64,000 nt of DNA, taken from Marsupella aquatica. Its lineage: Eukaryota > Plantae > Marchantiophyta. The notes beneath the pieces were generated by a model. That model was not told the DNA's origin. It did not search any database and worked only from the letters and a program-made list of their open reading frames with translations. Within the stretch, counting starts at the first letter, position 1. Every line of letters begins with the position of its first letter. This document shows positions 62,608 to 64,000 of this stretch, in pieces. The stretch spans positions 30,448,932 to 30,512,931 of the forward strand of contig OZ316892.1 in NCBI GenBank assembly GCA_973895155.1. The letters are read 5' to 3'. The translations under genes and the position numbers were made by a program.

Positions 62608-62965
62608 CCTTGAGGGCTTGTCGATCCCCCGACGTCTCCTCGACGCCCATAGGCTGAACCGCTCACGCTTGTGGTGTGCCGGCCACTCCGCCGGTCTAAG
62701 TCAGCGCGTGTCAGTGGCCGCTTCCTTAAGTTCATCATACGAACCCGAGGGAGGGCCCCTCCACGCTCGTAACCCGGGTGTGCGAATAGCGACCAGCCGC
62801 CAGTCCGAACCTGAATTCCCCCTTATTGCCTAATGATATCCTACCCATAATGATTACCTAAATACTGTCATTATGCTAATAATAGCAATCTAAGATACTC
62901 CTAACGCGCGTGCTGAGCGCAGTTAGACCGAATCACTCATTAACCGCCGTACTGGCGGCGTCACA

Positions 62966-63147
62966 GTACCCTCATTAATAAGAGTACCCTCATGCACAAG
63001 GCCCAACACAAGGGTACCCTTAGGAGATAAGAGTACCCTCACTGATAAGGGTACCCTCATTATCAAAGTACCATTGTTGATAAGCGTACCCATTGATAAG
63101 AGTACTCTTGCTGATATAAGAGTACCCTCATTGATAAGAGTACCCTC
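62966..63147. repeat. About 20-bp ATAAGAGTACCCTCA repeat array, split by the family B insertion; probable DNA-transposon subterminal repeats
   Basis: About eight copies. The array begins left of the insertion (ctaataaaagtacc, 58962-58975). Confidence 0.7.
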
Positions 63148-63149
63148 AT

Positions 63150-63495
63150 AGGTAGGATAGGGTTTGTCATGGTCTCCAAGACAAGACAGCCTTTGCAGCA
63201 AATGCCCAATCATATTGCACCACAGATCTCCACTCAAGCTACGTACAAAGATTGAAGGATATCTCAGGGCTGGCCTCACGTTAAGTGCAATTGTCAATGC
63301 TCACTTTGAAGAAATTTTGACTCGATGGCGGAAAGATCATCCAGATGAGGATGCAGATTACATCATGTCCAGGGACATGCAGCTCACCCCGAGAGATGTG
63401 CAAACTGTTCGGGATTCCATGCGCAGATGTCAACCTGACTATTGCTCTGATGAGTCACAAGCAACAAAATTGTGGGTACTACAGAGTGAGGATCA
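63150..63495 (+). pseudogene. Next segment of the same SWIM/MULE-like gene, inverted
   Basis: VCHGLQDKTAF...HIAPQIS..LRTKIEGYLRAGLTLSAIV..H...SRDMQLTPRDV....R......DESQATKLWV is the sequence expected directly after HHLDP in this family. Confidence 0.65.
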
Positions 63496-64000
63496 AGGGT
63501 CCAAATGGTGTCTTTGGATCCATTTGATCATCACGGCCCCTGGCCGATCCTCAAATTTAGTGGCGGTGAAAGAGCATCGGCAGCCACGACGCACAGACAT
63601 TCCTGTGAATTGAAAGGAAGGCAAGAGATATTGAATTAAAAATCAATTCAGATGAAATAGCGCACCTGCATTAACGTCAGGGAATGCCAACGGGTATGCA
63701 AAGGAGTTACATATTTACCTGTTATAGTTTTTCTTTTCAAGAAGACACCTCCTTCATCGGATTTCAACTTCTCTGGAACCTTCTTTGATTTCCATCCTCT
63801 ATAGTCCTCTGGACCAAAGCAGCAACAATACAATGTTGTTGTCTTGACCAAGGGACCAGTTTTGAAAATTTGGTTCTCTAGCATTTGCCTGGTAGTGAAT
63901 TCAGTATGAAAATCTGCCCGCATGTTTTTGCCCCATATGAAGTCCTTAAGTCTGCATTCCGGGATCCAAGCAGAGTCAAAACTTGACCCAAACCATTCGA
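63496..64000 (-). pseudogene. SWIM/MULE-like transposase-related gene, N-terminal part
   Basis: AWIPECRLKDFIWGQ, YCCCFGPEDYR, intron 63718-63603, then SVRRGCRCSF...MIKWIQRHHLDP. Resembles the plant SWIM-domain family of Arabidopsis AT4G13970/AT1G60560 (from recall). Confidence 0.7.

Larger units (their letters stand above)
58976..62965 (-). mobile_element. Family B giant solo-LTR-like element (3990 bp)
   Basis: Ends TGTCACGTC...GGCGTCACA with 5-bp TSD GTACC (58971-58975 and 62966-62970). No RT, integrase or internal LTR pair. Confidence 0.9.

Noticed and set aside
63440-63480. Hammerhead ribozyme core CTGATGA (also at about 9043 and 23824)
   Set aside because: No correctly placed GAAA or flanking stems, and the hits lie in coding sequence.

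Overview
Eukaryotic, transposon-dense region from a land plant. It has TTTAGGG/CCCTAAA telomere-type repeats and GT-AG introns; the Sola-like transposase and Crinkler-type gene suggest a non-seed plant, which is inference. No rRNA, tRNA or CRISPR array is visible. In order: a DUF7869/Sola-like DDE transposase (1-3284); a nested stack of element fragments inside a decayed PIF/Harbinger element (4182-9566); an apparently intact two-exon Crinkler-like nuclease+kinase gene (14605-16699) with a duplicated header exon upstream; a co-oriented chain of Helitron-like non-coding modules carrying satellites and telomere-repeat hairpins (about 20.8-49 kb); a pseudogenised chimera of a transposon-type domain, a 63-aa coiled-coil repeat and a FRG/CHR27-28-like SNF2-RING ATPase (about 49.2-55.1 kb); and a partly inverted SWIM/MULE-like transposase at the right edge. 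The most striking signal is three complete 4.0-4.7 kb elements in two families. They have TG...CA ends and perfect 5-bp target-site duplications but no RT, integrase or internal LTR pair. Each holds a TATA box and one long reading frame (plant transposon-type domain plus coiled coil), so they look like protein-coding giant solo LTRs or single-gene integrase-mobilised cassettes. All family and domain calls are by eye from motifs and need HMM confirmation.
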